Virus record (IMG/VR): IMGVR_UViG_3300021255_001778
Coordinates: 19,776 to 83,775 of that record
Reading direction: 5' to 3' (one strand)
From: a virus
Lineage: Duplodnaviria > Caudoviricetes
Length of the DNA stretch: 64,000 bases
Shown: positions 19,866 through 31,770 of the stretch, piece by piece
Position numbering within the stretch: the stretch's first letter is position 1
How the letters are laid out: every line of letters starts with the position of its first letter
Notes under the pieces: generated by a model
The model's input: the letters and a program-made list of their open reading frames with translations, nothing else
Databases searched by the model: none
What the model was told of the DNA's origin: nothing
Translations under genes and position numbers: made by a program

Positions 19866-22800
19866 TCATAACTCTTTGATATACGACGTCATCCTAAAGT
19901 ATATGCCATCACGCTCCCATCCAGTACACGAGATGATGTCGCCTTTATGAATCGGATCCTTGTTATACACATAATTGAATACGGTGAATCTCGATTCTTT
20001 TCCAGAGCCTATTGACTTAGTTACAACAGAGTATCCGAATTGCTTGCCATCTCTCTTTCTCTTCAACGGATACACATCTAATATATACAGTCTGCGTCTG
20101 TCAATTTCTTTACCGGAAGCATAGCCAATGTAGCCCATGTATTCTGCGAAGTTCTTAATTTTAATACGGTCTTCGATATCATCCATATGTGCTTCTTTAA
20201 CGTATAGCTCCATGTCTCTCAGCAGACATTCCATATTGGTAATTGTGTATGACTTTGCCTCATCTCCGTTTTTTGTCGTCCAAGTTGAATGCTTTCGCAT
20301 TATCGATTCGAAAGGAGATCCATCAACTTGGTCACGCTTGACCTGCTTGGCATCACCGCGTTTAAAGAATCTGTCATACATATCATATATCGTTAAAAGC
20401 TCTCGTTGATTACCGAATTCAGAGAAGAAATCGAGCTTGATTAAGATTTCTGTCTGGCGAGAATTTATAGATGTCTCTTTATCAATTGCTGCAAGTACAT
20501 CTACAAAGTACTTATACTCATGATCATGCGCTAATTCATATAGCTTCTCTGCTACAGATTCGCTCATATATTTAATAGAAGACATCCCTTTAGTAATCAG
20601 TTTTCTTTCTTTGTCAAACGAATACGTTGACCTTGACACACCCCATTTTGGTGCAGTCACTTGGATATTATTTCTCTTTGCATATGCCATTATTGCAGCC
20701 GTTTTCTCTGTATTATCGCTAAAGATATTCAGCGCAGCTGTTAGAAACTCGTACGGATAATAATATCTCAAGTAGCCAGATATATATCCAATACAACTAT
20801 AGCTGTCACTGTGGTTCCAACTGAACGCATACGCAGATGCGTCGAGGATAACCTGTAAAAACGGTTTAATAACTTCTCTTGCTTTTTCTTCACTTATACT
20901 ATAATGCTCTGTCGAATACTTAATGAAGCGCTCCTCTATCTCTGGGAGTAGGGTCTCTGTCCCTTTTTTCTTTGCTATAGCACGTCTTACAGAATCACTT
21001 TCAGCAGCTGTGTATCCGCAGAACTTAACAAGGAACTGCATGATCGTCTCCTGCATAGCAATTCTACCAGCTTCTGGTGCTAAGAATTCATTTAACTTAT
21101 CGAATCCATTATCGTAGAATTCTCCGCTCGCGACCTTATCTCTAAAGCTTGCACACGCTGGCCTAAGCAGTCCATTGCCGAATGATAACCATTTTATCAT
21201 GGAGAAATTCGGTACTTTTTCTTTTGCAATAGCCAATGTGTTGTCGGACATGAACCGCTTTATATACTGCTGTGCAGAGTTACTCTCCCATTGGAAGATT
21301 AACGTGGTATTATCACGTATGCTCTTCCATACTTTCTCGTCTTCTAGATCAACATTGTCAGGCGTCATTCTATCTATTCCGATCATTTTACATGCATCGT
21401 TTATAACGCCTATATTGTCCAGGCCAAGGATGTCTAACTTGACATACATCAAGTCGTCCAGTTCTTTCATATTAAGCATGGACACAGGATAGTCTGATGT
21501 AGATAAAGAGCACAGCCCTATAAGTTCTTCTATTTGCAGATCACTTATCAATACGCCGCTTGGGTGTGTACCAACTGACACGATAGTTCCATTTACAATA
21601 TCTACATATTCAAATACGTCAGGATATTGTTCCCTTGCTTTTGTTTCATCACTTTCGATAAGTTTATTTATCTCACTAGATAAACTCAGATAATCATATG
21701 TGTCAGACTCTTTGTACAACGCTCGGCATACATCGCGTACAGCACCTTTCATTGCTATCGTGTTAAATGTAATAATCTCCGCAGACTTTATCTTGGGCAA
21801 ATTCATTTTGTCTCTTAACAAAAATTGCTTGACCCTGTCCCTATCCGCACCACTGTAATCACTGTCAATATCTGCATTTGTCACACGAGCAGGATTCATA
21901 AACCTGAAGAAGTTGAGATCAAACCGAAGGCTGTCCATCTGAGTTATTCCGAGCAGATATGCAATTTCACTGCCCGATACTGAGCCACGCCCATATCCAC
22001 ACTGTATTCCATTCTCCTTCTCCCATTCACGGAGATACGTCTGTAGAAGCATAAAGTCGATTGATTTTGTCTTTTTGTAGACTTCCATCTCTTCATCTAT
22101 TTTTGCTTGCAGCTCCTCTCTTGTATGGTTTTTAAGAGCATATGGATGATTGTCGATAGCTTCAGATACCTTTTGCGCAAATATAGTCTCTGGATCATCA
22201 TATATGTGTGGATACTTTGTACCTCTGTCCAAATCAAACGGTTCGACCATATCTGCCAGTTTATTCGTGTTCTCTATCGCTTCAAGATTTACTTCTTGTG
22301 GCAAGCAGTTCTGAATTTTGAACGCTTCTATAAGCTGATCGTAGGACTTAAACTTAAGATCCCAGTTCTCTTCTCCTGGAAAGTTAATATTCTTCGATCG
22401 CTGTAAGATACTTCTACCTTTTTCATGTTTCTCATCAAGCACATGTGTATCAGTGCCTGCAATCAGCGGTATGCCTGTCATATTATGCAAGATGTATAGC
22501 GTTTTATTGTATGTTTTTTGTTTGTCATCAATGTGATGGCCAATCTCTAGGAAACATCTTTCTTTATTGGCCTCCATAAAGTTTACAAATCGTTCTCTTA
22601 CTCGTTCTTCTCCTTTGCCGAGAACACCGCCAACACAAGCTGATGTAACTATTATATTGTCGGATGTACGAAAAAGTTCATCGAACGATACTCTCGGCAC
22701 ATAGTAAAAATGATTATCTGATCGATTGAATGAATTCGTGACTAGCCTATTCAACTCAAGGAAGCCGTCATAGTTTCGTGCTATTAACACGCAGTGGTAA

Positions 22801-23069
22801 TTATCCCTCACTTTTTCTGCGAGTGACTCTGTGAGATAGCACTCTACTGCATGTATGTATTTCATACCGGCTTCCTCGATAGCACACTTTTTATGCCACC
22901 ACTCCATTACAGATCCGTGTTCACTAAATGCCATAGCTTTCATACCGCATTTCTGTGCAGCTTTCACGTATTCATTGTATTTCGTTACACTGTCTATATT
23001 TGTAACAGCGTTACTTAAATCTGAATGCAAATGGTATACGACATAATTATCCATTATTGCTCCACTCAT
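19866..23069 (-). CDS. dnaE: DNA polymerase III alpha subunit with PHP domain
   Basis: HLHSDLS, GRGSVSGS, ADIDSD, GTHPSG, KLDILGL, YAFSWNHS. Confidence 0.95.
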   Translation of the reverse strand: MSGAIMDNYVVYHLHSDLSNAVTNIDSVTKYNEYVKAAQKCGMKAMAFSEHGSVMEWWHKKCAIEEAGMKYIHAVECYLTESLAEKVRDNYHCVLIARNYDGFLELNRLVTNSFNRSDNHFYYVPRVSFDELFRTSDNIIVTSACVGGVLGKGEERVRERFVNFMEANKERCFLEIGHHIDDKQKTYNKTLYILHNMTGIPLIAGTDTHVLDEKHEKGRSILQRSKNINFPGEENWDLKFKSYDQLIEAFKIQNCLPQEVNLEAIENTNKLADMVEPFDLDRGTKYPHIYDDPETIFAQKVSEAIDNHPYALKNHTREELQAKIDEEMEVYKKTKSIDFMLLQTYLREWEKENGIQCGYGRGSVSGSEIAYLLGITQMDSLRFDLNFFRFMNPARVTNADIDSDYSGADRDRVKQFLLRDKMNLPKIKSAEIITFNTIAMKGAVRDVCRALYKESDTYDYLSLSSEINKLIESDETKAREQYPDVFEYVDIVNGTIVSVGTHPSGVLISDLQIEELIGLCSLSTSDYPVSMLNMKELDDLMYVKLDILGLDNIGVINDACKMIGIDRMTPDNVDLEDEKVWKSIRDNTTLIFQWESNSAQQYIKRFMSDNTLAIAKEKVPNFSMIKWLSFGNGLLRPACASFRDKVASGEFYDNGFDKLNEFLAPEAGRIAMQETIMQFLVKFCGYTAAESDSVRRAIAKKKGTETLLPEIEERFIKYSTEHYSISEEKAREVIKPFLQVILDASAYAFSWNHSDSYSCIGYISGYLRYYYPYEFLTAALNIFSDNTEKTAAIMAYAKRNNIQVTAPKWGVSRSTYSFDKERKLITKGMSSIKYMSESVAEKLYELAHDHEYKYFVDVLAAIDKETSINSRQTEILIKLDFFSEFGNQRELLTIYDMYDRFFKRGDAKQVKRDQVDGSPFESIMRKHSTWTTKNGDEAKSYTITNMECLLRDMELYVKEAHMDDIEDRIKIKNFAEYMGYIGYASGKEIDRRRLYILDVYPLKRKRDGKQFGYSVVTKSIGSGKESRFTVFNYVYNKDPIHKGDIISCTGWERDGIYFRMTSYIKEL

Positions 23070-23419
23070 CTAGATATTCGTTGAATTGTTCTGTGTCGAT
23101 ATTTTCAGCTCGCTGATGTTTTGAATCATCCATTACTTGATAAAAATGTTTACGGCCGTCCGCAACATCCTCTCGAGTTAACTCATACTGCGCTCTCTCG
23201 AAAGCGTCAGCTAGTTCTTCGAAAATAGTGCGTCCTCCCGGTCCATATATTGCGTCATTAAGAGGATAATGATATATTTGCCCGTCAGTATCAATTGCGT
23301 AATCAGGATAATAATGATATAATTGCCCGGCAGTATCATATACAGTTTGTATATTGATAGCAGTTGTATTATTGTCAAAATGGTAGATCGGCGCGCCATC
23401 TCCAGTACCAATCGCTATA

Positions 23420-24403
23420 TTATTTGTACCGTAATCTGTTATCATATAACCGCTTGAACACCTCCTCTCCTTTATCAACGGGAGCATCTTTTTCATCGAG
23501 TAGGTTATCTTTGTCCCACAGATAATACACATTTACATACTGCTTGAGTCGCCGTATATTCTTGTCATCACGGATTTGTATCTCTTTATCGAGCGCAAAC
23601 ACAACGTCAAATCCTAATTTTATTAACAGATTTGTCTGCATTTTGCTCAAATGCGACGTCAAAATTGCTCCACAATTGTGCATTTTGTACGTATCAGCAA
23701 GTAGTACACTCTTGCATCCCTCGAACAAAATAACCTCTCGCCTCTTTTTAATATCTTCCATGTTTTCAGCCATACCATATATGGTGTTGATCGTGCCCCA
23801 CTTATATCGATACGTATACTTACGCAGTCTTTTTTCTTTCCAGTCTGGATCAAGAGTGCGTCCGCCGATGTTAACAATCTTTCCATCTAAATTGCGGATG
23901 GGATATACAAGTCTGTCGTCTAGGCTATCGTATCGTACTTGAAATTTTTCAAGTGATTCGTCAGATATACCTTCGTCTCGCCATACTTGCAGCTTATCGC
24001 TTCGGCGTTCGTATCTATCCATCACATCGTCCGGCAGAATTATACCTTTCGATTCTTTCTGTGATGGCTGTCTGGTTGAATACTGCTTACACACACTCAG
24101 TGCAGATAATCTATCCTTCGGCATGTTGACATCTCCGTCATATCCTGAGTATTCTTTTAATTTTTTGACCACTTCTCGTGGTGTTAAGTTAAAGTACTCC
24201 TTTATGAAGCTAAACAGATTTCCAGACTTGCCACTAGAATAATCATACCAAACTGGCGGATCCGGTCTTACTGAGAATGACGGGGTTTTCTCATCTTTAA
24301 ATGGAGAAAGCCCCCACCATTCTTCGCCTCTTTGCTCCATCTCAACAAACTGCGATATGTATTCTACGATATCTATTGATTTAATCAGTTCGATGAGATC
24401 CAT
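23420..24403 (-). CDS. dnaG: DNA primase (DnaG-like)
   Basis: N-terminal domain PFKDEKTPSFSV, YPIRN..G..VNIGGR, TOPRIM FEG..S and ALDKE; start moved to MDLIE. Confidence 0.88.
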   Translation of the reverse strand: MDLIELIKSIDIVEYISQFVEMEQRGEEWWGLSPFKDEKTPSFSVRPDPPVWYDYSSGKSGNLFSFIKEYFNLTPREVVKKLKEYSGYDGDVNMPKDRLSALSVCKQYSTRQPSQKESKGIILPDDVMDRYERRSDKLQVWRDEGISDESLEKFQVRYDSLDDRLVYPIRNLDGKIVNIGGRTLDPDWKEKRLRKYTYRYKWGTINTIYGMAENMEDIKKRREVILFEGCKSVLLADTYKMHNCGAILTSHLSKMQTNLLIKLGFDVVFALDKEIQIRDDKNIRRLKQYVNVYYLWDKDNLLDEKDAPVDKGEEVFKRLYDNRLRYK

Positions 24404-24988
24404 AGCTTTACAGTATCTTTTCGAGCATATCGATAGCTTCATCAGATGTCATATGTTTAGCGACATAATCGCTGTCAACCATATAACATGCATCCTTTTC
24501 TTCGTCAAAAACATAATAATAGTCTCTTGCACTGTCATATCCGACTACTGTCATCGGTTTACTGATATCAATAAAATCGGGATCAACTTCATATGCATAT
24601 TTTGCGACAAGACTTTTATCCTCAATATTTTCGAACACCCAAGTCGGGCAGCTTTCACGGATACCGTGACTGTTTATAATCAGCACGCGATCTCCGATAT
24701 CGGGCAATATGCATTTCATCAGCTTCTCTTCATCAATCTCGTCATCACAAGATTCACAATCTCCGCAGCATGTGCAATCATCGTTAAAGAGACGTTCTTT
24801 GAAATCATTCATCTCTTGTTTTATCTCGTCGATATCGATGTTCGGAAAATCATCTTTCTTTGCAAACTCAAGAGCCAAGTCAAAGATTGATATATCGATT
24901 GCTTCGATAGTTTTATGTAAATCATCCAGCGCTTCATGTACATTTGTCAGTCTCTTTACAACTTCTTTATTTGTCATGTTATTCTCCT

Positions 24989-26341
24989 TTAATATGGCGT
25001 TGTGGGAATGTGTTGGTTCTTAGCCTGTTCGTAACTTATGTGTGACCCGTCGAATGCAAGGTCAATATACTCACCCTGTGCATGTTGCATCCCATTTCTG
25101 TTTATAGTTACAATCATCTTTTTATTACCGCAGTCTCTGCCGTCCGCATTGTCCGCCTCTATCTCTTCTGGTGTTTTGTCGACGAGCATAACAATCGTCG
25201 ACGCATTTCTAGCTATCTTTGCAGAGTCTGCAAGTTTGTTTGTCGCGGTTGCCTGAGCCGCTCCTATAGCAGCTATATTCATAGCTCCGGCGATTTCATT
25301 TTTAATAACATCTACGCATTTACCCATTGACGCATATGTTTGGAATGCATCCATATCATTTCCTGTGGATTTAAAGTAATCTACAACTAGAACGTCTATC
25401 GGCATTGTGTGATTGACGCGTTTTACAGTTCTATATATCTCTTCTGCGCTAAAATACGGCATGTAGATATGTTCGAACTTGCTATTCTTCAGCCAAGTCA
25501 TTGACTCCATAATTCTATCCGTTTCTTCTTCTGAGTAATTACCAGATGTCAGGTTTTTGTATGTCACGCCACTCAGATGTGCAAGCATTCTTGCAGTAAA
25601 AAGTCTGTCGGATAGTTCTGAATCTATATAAAGAACGGAATAGCCGCGTCTCAGCAGGTCAACCGCACAGTTCAGAAGCATGATACTCTTGCCCACTTTT
25701 TGTTGTGCACCAAAGATAATTAGCTCTCCACGCTCTATCGTTACATAGTCGTTTAACAGTGGAAATTTAAACGGTATGCCGGAATATCCATCGCCCTGCC
25801 TATTCTCAATTTCTTTCCACAATCCATCTAGCTTTTTCGAGTATGGCTCTACCGCCTCGTTATCAGCATATGAAGTGGCTACGTTGTCAACTATACTGTA
25901 TATTCGCTTACACACATCCTCTTCATCTGGGTCAAGCAAGATAGATTTACACTCGTCTAGTTTTACATACATCTCTTTTCTGAACGCAGCCTCGAACACA
26001 TTCGATACGAGTATCATATAGTCTCTCGTGGAATGTCTTGCAATTGAACTACTTTGTTCTTCGACAAAGGCTCTTACGCTTTCAAGACTTAATGCATCAG
26101 CATTTGATGGATCATATTTCTTTAGATACTCAAGAATAATGTAAGCATCAATGTCGGTAACACCGTCCTGCCCGAGACCCTTTAGAGCCTCGAACAGGAG
26201 CTGGTTATCTCTGTCGGAAAAATGCTTTGGCTGCAAAAACTCAGAGTGATATATGTATTCTGGATGGTGAACAAGCGTTGCAAGTATTCCGGCCTCGCTT
26301 TCACGTCTGTCCATGTCTTCTATAGATCTATACCTATCCAC
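24989..26341 (-). CDS. dnaB: Replicative DnaB-like helicase
   Basis: GAQQKVGKS Walker A, DSEL, LVVDYFK, ADSAKI, KNR-like INRNG. Confidence 0.88.
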   Translation of the reverse strand: MDRYRSIEDMDRRESEAGILATLVHHPEYIYHSEFLQPKHFSDRDNQLLFEALKGLGQDGVTDIDAYIILEYLKKYDPSNADALSLESVRAFVEEQSSSIARHSTRDYMILVSNVFEAAFRKEMYVKLDECKSILLDPDEEDVCKRIYSIVDNVATSYADNEAVEPYSKKLDGLWKEIENRQGDGYSGIPFKFPLLNDYVTIERGELIIFGAQQKVGKSIMLLNCAVDLLRRGYSVLYIDSELSDRLFTARMLAHLSGVTYKNLTSGNYSEEETDRIMESMTWLKNSKFEHIYMPYFSAEEIYRTVKRVNHTMPIDVLVVDYFKSTGNDMDAFQTYASMGKCVDVIKNEIAGAMNIAAIGAAQATATNKLADSAKIARNASTIVMLVDKTPEEIEADNADGRDCGNKKMIVTINRNGMQHAQGEYIDLAFDGSHISYEQAKNQHIPTTPY

Positions 26342-26384
26342 TCATAAGCCGCCTCCCTTCTGCCATATAAATGTATTGTCAATA

Positions 26385-27161
26385 TTACTGATTATTCCAG
26401 TACTCACATTCATCGGTCAAACCACACAGATGAACGCAACCGAAATATTCAACATTCGGGCTGAAATCTTCTGTTTCTGCTATATACTTCACAGAATTTT
26501 TTGCCCACTCAATAGCTTCTTCGTACTTCTTTTCTACGAACGGTTCTTCAATAAACACGCCGTTTTTAAAACAGTTGAAGCACAATCCTTTCGGATACTT
26601 TCCGTAGATTTCTTTGATTGCAGCTGCATACAGATACAACTGCACGAGCATGGTGTCAAGCTCTTCGTCTTTCTTGGTCGGTTTTTTTCTACCGCTTCTC
26701 GGCTTTAGCTCTCTGGACTTGTTATCTACGATGTAGTATTCACCGTCTTTCTCACCGAGATAGTCTATGTATCCGATAAACGGTATATCACCAATATGGT
26801 ACTTGACCTCAAGTTCAACGTCGATCATGTTGTAAGGAAACGGCTCAAATGCACTCAGGTATTCAACGCCTTTGCTGATATAATTTTGCACTGCTTTCTC
26901 TGATGGACGTTTGCCTCGTACCTCTGTCGAGAAGTCCAGAAGAAATTTCATCTTCATCTCTTCTTTGGTAAGCTCTCCTCTGTAGTAACTCTCGATCAAC
27001 TTGTGCATAAAGCTACCGTATGAAGTATAGAATCGCCCATCCTCTTTCATGCCGAGTATGTATTTGCAGAACCATTTGTAACCGCACTGCTCGTAGCAAT
27101 TGATTCTTGAGTAGCTCCATGTCATATCATCTATCAGCGGACGGTAACTAATATCTCCCAT
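26385..27161 (-). CDS. PD-(D/E)XK exonuclease (AddB/Cas4-like, probable Fe-S cluster)
   Basis: WSYSRI...C, GSFMH, GYID...IVDNK, QL.LY, C-terminal C..LC.....C. Confidence 0.85.
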   Translation of the reverse strand: MGDISYRPLIDDMTWSYSRINCYEQCGYKWFCKYILGMKEDGRFYTSYGSFMHKLIESYYRGELTKEEMKMKFLLDFSTEVRGKRPSEKAVQNYISKGVEYLSAFEPFPYNMIDVELEVKYHIGDIPFIGYIDYLGEKDGEYYIVDNKSRELKPRSGRKKPTKKDEELDTMLVQLYLYAAAIKEIYGKYPKGLCFNCFKNGVFIEEPFVEKKYEEAIEWAKNSVKYIAETEDFSPNVEYFGCVHLCGLTDECEYWNNQ

Positions 27162-27442
27162 TTATGTATCTCCGTTTTCAACGTCATTAAAGGCACCCCG
27201 AATTATATCAAGTAATTCACCGCCTTCTACTGAGTAGACTTCTTGTCCGATGATATCACTTCTGTCTAAAGACTTCATAAGAATATATCCGCAATCTTCT
27301 CTAGCGCTATACACAACATATTCTACATAGCACCCGGATCCGCAGTCGTACATGTCCCATAACTCTTTGGACGTATCATCACTTGGCACGAAGTAATAAT
27401 CAAGCTCGTTAGCTTTTAAAAAGATTAAGTCTTCTTTTTTCA

Positions 27443-27838
27443 TCAGTATGGCAGTTCAGCCTCCACTTCGCCGCTGTCAACGCCATAATTTACATCAACC
27501 TGTGGTGCTTGCTGCGGTTGTTCATGCTGACTACTACCCTGAACTCCGTTGTCAAGTTCAAAACTAAAACAGCTGAAGTTTGTATATGTAACCTCATTCT
27601 CTTTGTCGTATCGGTTTGTTACGTCAATATCTCCGAGTTTAATTGAATCTCCCTCTTTAAGCTTCGCTGCTTTACCAGCTGCGGAAGTGCCAAGAAATGA
27701 AACAAATCCACCAAATTCTTGTTCGTAAACACCAGTATCTCTATTCTTCTTAGCGATAGATATTCTACAACTAGTCACCGTGTCTCTCTTCGGTTCAATG
27801 CTCCAAACCTTGGCATAAGCACCTGTACGAAATCCCAT
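27443..27838 (-). CDS. ssb: Single-stranded DNA-binding protein
   Basis: OB-fold-like core, Gln-rich linker and acidic tail EAELPY; next to ERF. Confidence 0.75.
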   Translation of the reverse strand: MGFRTGAYAKVWSIEPKRDTVTSCRISIAKKNRDTGVYEQEFGGFVSFLGTSAAGKAAKLKEGDSIKLGDIDVTNRYDKENEVTYTNFSCFSFELDNGVQGSSQHEQPQQAPQVDVNYGVDSGEVEAELPY

Positions 27839-28566
27839 TAGCCTTCCTCCTTAATATTAAATGTCTTCTTGAAATCTTCGAGTAACTTAGCCGCTAACGC
27901 AGGCTCTTTGATCTGGAAATAGTTCGCAGTCTTAACATATTTCTTAATGAACTTCTTCAGCTCTTCTTCTTTGTCTCTGTTGTCTGCTAGCCACTTCTTC
28001 AGAATCGTATCAAATTCAGCAATAATGCTCTCCGCAATAGCGCGTCCTTCAGATGCTTCAGCTTCTTTCTGTTTACTACGGTACGCATCAACATCGTAAT
28101 CTGACTGAGCAATCTGGAAGTACGACGTTAAGAACTGTCTCATCGTGTATGTCATCGCAGATCCTTGGGCTTGCGAGACGTCGCCCATTGAAGCAGCTGC
28201 AAACCAAGGTACTTCGATCCTTTCTTCTGGGTTCTCATCATTCACCCAGATAAATACCATATCCGCTTGAAACATAAACTCTTCGGCGTGATTAAGATAC
28301 TGCTCACCAGTCTTTGTAAATTTTGTATTTTCTATTACGACCTTAATAACACTCCCTGATTCCGGTACAATGCTCGGTATCAATGATACCTCGTATTTCT
28401 TCATGCCAGCTGTCACATTCGCAAGAATCTCTGTAATATCTGTGTATGTATAGTTGTAGCCTTTCTTGCTCTTCTTGGCTACCTCACTGATCGCACGAAT
28501 CTTTGCAAGCTTCTGATATAAATTTAATGTGTTCTCTTCGCTCAAATTAGTTCTCCTCTTCTTCAT
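27838..28566 (-). CDS. ERF-family single-strand annealing protein
   Basis: LYQKLAKI...KKGYNYTY, GSAMTY..RQFL...FQI. Confidence 0.8.
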   Translation of the reverse strand: MKKRRTNLSEENTLNLYQKLAKIRAISEVAKKSKKGYNYTYTDITEILANVTAGMKKYEVSLIPSIVPESGSVIKVVIENTKFTKTGEQYLNHAEEFMFQADMVFIWVNDENPEERIEVPWFAAASMGDVSQAQGSAMTYTMRQFLTSYFQIAQSDYDVDAYRSKQKEAEASEGRAIAESIIAEFDTILKKWLADNRDKEEELKKFIKKYVKTANYFQIKEPALAAKLLEDFKKTFNIKEEG

Positions 28567-29176
28567 TAAAAGGTATCATGTATGTAATTCTTGCGCCGCA
28601 ATTTGTGCAATGACATTCATGTATTAGACCGTCGCTATCGAAGCCATAGTCTTCGTAACTGAAATCATTGTCCCAAATTACAGTTCTGCACCCACAATGG
28701 AAACATTCATACATATATTATTCTTCACCGCCCTTTTGTTTGCACTTACGTTCATGTTTTCTTTTGCTTTCTTTTCTTATATGCAAGATTTAATTGCCTT
28801 TCATAGCTTTTCTTTTCCATTGGATTTTTAGAATGTTTAATTCTTTTCTTTAAAGCTTCTATGTCATTTTCAAGATAATTCTCTGGATTTGTCGGCTTTA
28901 TAATCTCCATGCTCGTTGGATAATATTTGGATTTATCTATTGCTAAAACATACCCATCTTTTGTAACCCAAACGCCATTACTGCCATCTTCAGTCGTTAT
29001 CAGCGTTCCGAGCTTTTCATCTTCTTTAAGCAGTTCATTTTGAAGTCTATTTACAATTTCTTTTAATGCTGTGCCTGAAAAGCAATCAGTCATAGCTGGA
29101 TTAGTTTCATTCATTTCTTTTCCTTTTGACTTTGCAAATTCGTTAAGTGTCAACCCCAACAATCCTCATCATAAAT

Positions 29177-29701
29177 CTATCCTAGATCTATATTAAATCC
29201 GTACTGTATTGTTCCTTCCGGCACATAGATCTGAGTATAATAACTAACCGGAATTGCAAAAATGTAGTACCACCAATGTACGAATTTTTCCGCCGAATAC
29301 TTTTCAATTCTTGGACTGTCTTCTGAATATATAATTGTCGCATCTCCAGCTTTAATCCTGCTAATTTTATACGTGCCATGCTCATTAGTTACGTAATAAA
29401 ACACCATATCGTTGTTAATGTATCCGCTACCAAGAAAAAATCTCCCATCTGCATTGCCATTATCTTTAAGCGCGACAATTTCTTTGTCATACTGTTTTTC
29501 GAATATAAGATTATCATCATCAATGTAAGATGATGCAGCTATTATAAACATGAACGCAAGTAAGGACATTACAAGAGCAGTAAGCGCACATATAAAAAAT
29601 TCGCCAATATCCGTGAAACTTATTCGTTCAATCGGAAGAAGATCAAAAGTATTCATCATTAATATCAGCGTTGTTACAAACACGGCTATTATAATTACCA
29701 T
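29177..29701 (-). CDS. Membrane protein, hypothetical
   Basis: Two N-terminal TM segments; FFLGSGYI...YY...G motif common in phage genomes. Confidence 0.55.
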   Translation of the reverse strand: MVIIIAVFVTTLILMMNTFDLLPIERISFTDIGEFFICALTALVMSLLAFMFIIAASSYIDDDNLIFEKQYDKEIVALKDNGNADGRFFLGSGYINNDMVFYYVTNEHGTYKISRIKAGDATIIYSEDSPRIEKYSAEKFVHWWYYIFAIPVSYYTQIYVPEGTIQYGFNIDLG

Positions 29702-31770
29702 TTAAAATCGTCCAACCCCTTTTCTTCTTCATGTATCACATATGCCATAACTGCCGTCGCACCGGCAACGGCACTGATAAAACACAGAAAAATCGTCTGT
29801 AAAATGCTCATTTTATTCACCATTTTCGATACCTCTGTATGCAGTTTCTATACTATCAGTATTATTTTTCGCCCTCATTGACTCCCGTCCGAGCAAATAT
29901 GCCACATGCGAAAGCAGAGCAACGGCAACGCTCTTCATTTCATCAAAAGTGCACTCACTTGTTACTAAGTCTGTGTAGCGGTTTATTATTTCACTATGAT
30001 TCTCGTCCATGATTTTCACCTCCTGTCTTAGTCATCTATTTTTCCATTTCGCCTGTTCCACATTAAAGTAGCGTTTCGTTTTGCGTCATCTGATAGCATC
30101 TTAAAAGACATTGTTCTGAGTCCACATTTTTTACATTCAACCCAATACTCATTTCGGAAAAGGCCGAGAGTACATTTTATTTCAGCAGAACCACCACACA
30201 TAGGGCATGTTTTTAATTCACTCACCAGCGTTTTTGCGTCATCCATTATGATATCTCTAAGTTGTTCGTACATGATTATTCTCTCCAGTTATAAAACGGA
30301 CAATTGTATCTGACCATTTGCCCAGGCTCTGGTTTGTACTTGCAACAAATCTCATTTCCACAATCATTACAACTTCCGCTGTTATAGATGTTTCGCAATG
30401 CCATCAGACAATCGAGCATGTACGCCGTCTGTGATATAGCATCGTCAAGTCTGCTCATGGCTGTTCTCCTTCCATCTCATCAATGTGCATGTCTGAAATC
30501 GCCTTGTTCAGCGCGTCCTCTATGGCTCTGAGTCTGTCAGGATTGTTCCCCAAGAACATTGCCACTTTTGCATCCTGTACCGCTTTCGCTTTTGCCTTTT
30601 CTGGTAAGCCACAAGCTATATAACTTTCGTAATATGTCATGACCGTTCTCCCTTCCACGGTTTTGGTAACGGCATCCACGCAAGAATATCTAAATCGCTT
30701 CGCCACCCGTTTTTACAATATTTATCCGGATAAAATTCGTAGCAAGTAAGACTAGACACTCCACTGTCATTTGTTGTGAGATACCACCCTCTTCTTTGTT
30801 CATTCGACTCTGGTTTTGGCATGGCCATATCGCATGGAGTCCAGCCCTGGATTATTTTGTTTATTTCTAGGAACGCGATCACAGCCTCTGCGCAATCTAA
30901 CACATGATTATCCTTTGCCCATTTTCTGTATTCGCTTGCTATCTCCACTCTTTCTTTATATGTGATCATTCATTCCCTCTTTTCTCGCACGTTCCATTGC
31001 CACGCTATACACTCTCGAACATCATCAAACGCTACACCATTGTCTTTTGGTGTTTGTGTAAACTGCGTAATAGCTCCGCAGCTTTTACAATAGACTCCGT
31101 ACGGTTTGCCAGATAATTCTTCTACGATGCTAACGCTGACGCTTTTACAAAATGGACATGGTTCTAATTCGATCATTGAACTCTCCTTATCATCATCAAT
31201 CAACATCCACATCATTAGTTTCTCCCTCAAATTTGCGTGTTAATTCTTGCATAAATGTCGCAGTAGACACTGTCAAATGCATCATCGACTTTCTCGATAA
31301 ACCACGGCTGACTTACCACTTCCTCGTAATAGTAAGGCCAGTTTCCACCACCAATTTTTGCGTGAATATATAGGATGTCATCCATTCCTACATATTTATT
31401 CCAAGTGTCGTATTGTTTTTTGTACCTCATATGCTGATTATGGATAGCAGTTTTAAGAACCTTACGTTTCCATCCGTGTATTCTGTCCCATCTAACCCTT
31501 TTGCTCTCTTCATCGCCAGACAGATAGAACTTTTCTTTCTGATCTGTTTTCCAACTGTATTCGAAATAGAACGTTCCTTCTGTCCAAAACGGTACGCTAT
31601 GACACAAGTTAAACACTATATCTGTGATGTAGCTTTCATCTTTCCAAAACGCATCGACAGGCTCTTCGTCCTTCATAAGTCTGTAGCCACGAAGCCTAGG
31701 ACAATAGATGCCGTTCTTATCAGCTATCGCATCGAGCGCATCTATTTGAGAATATGCGTATAAGTCCATA

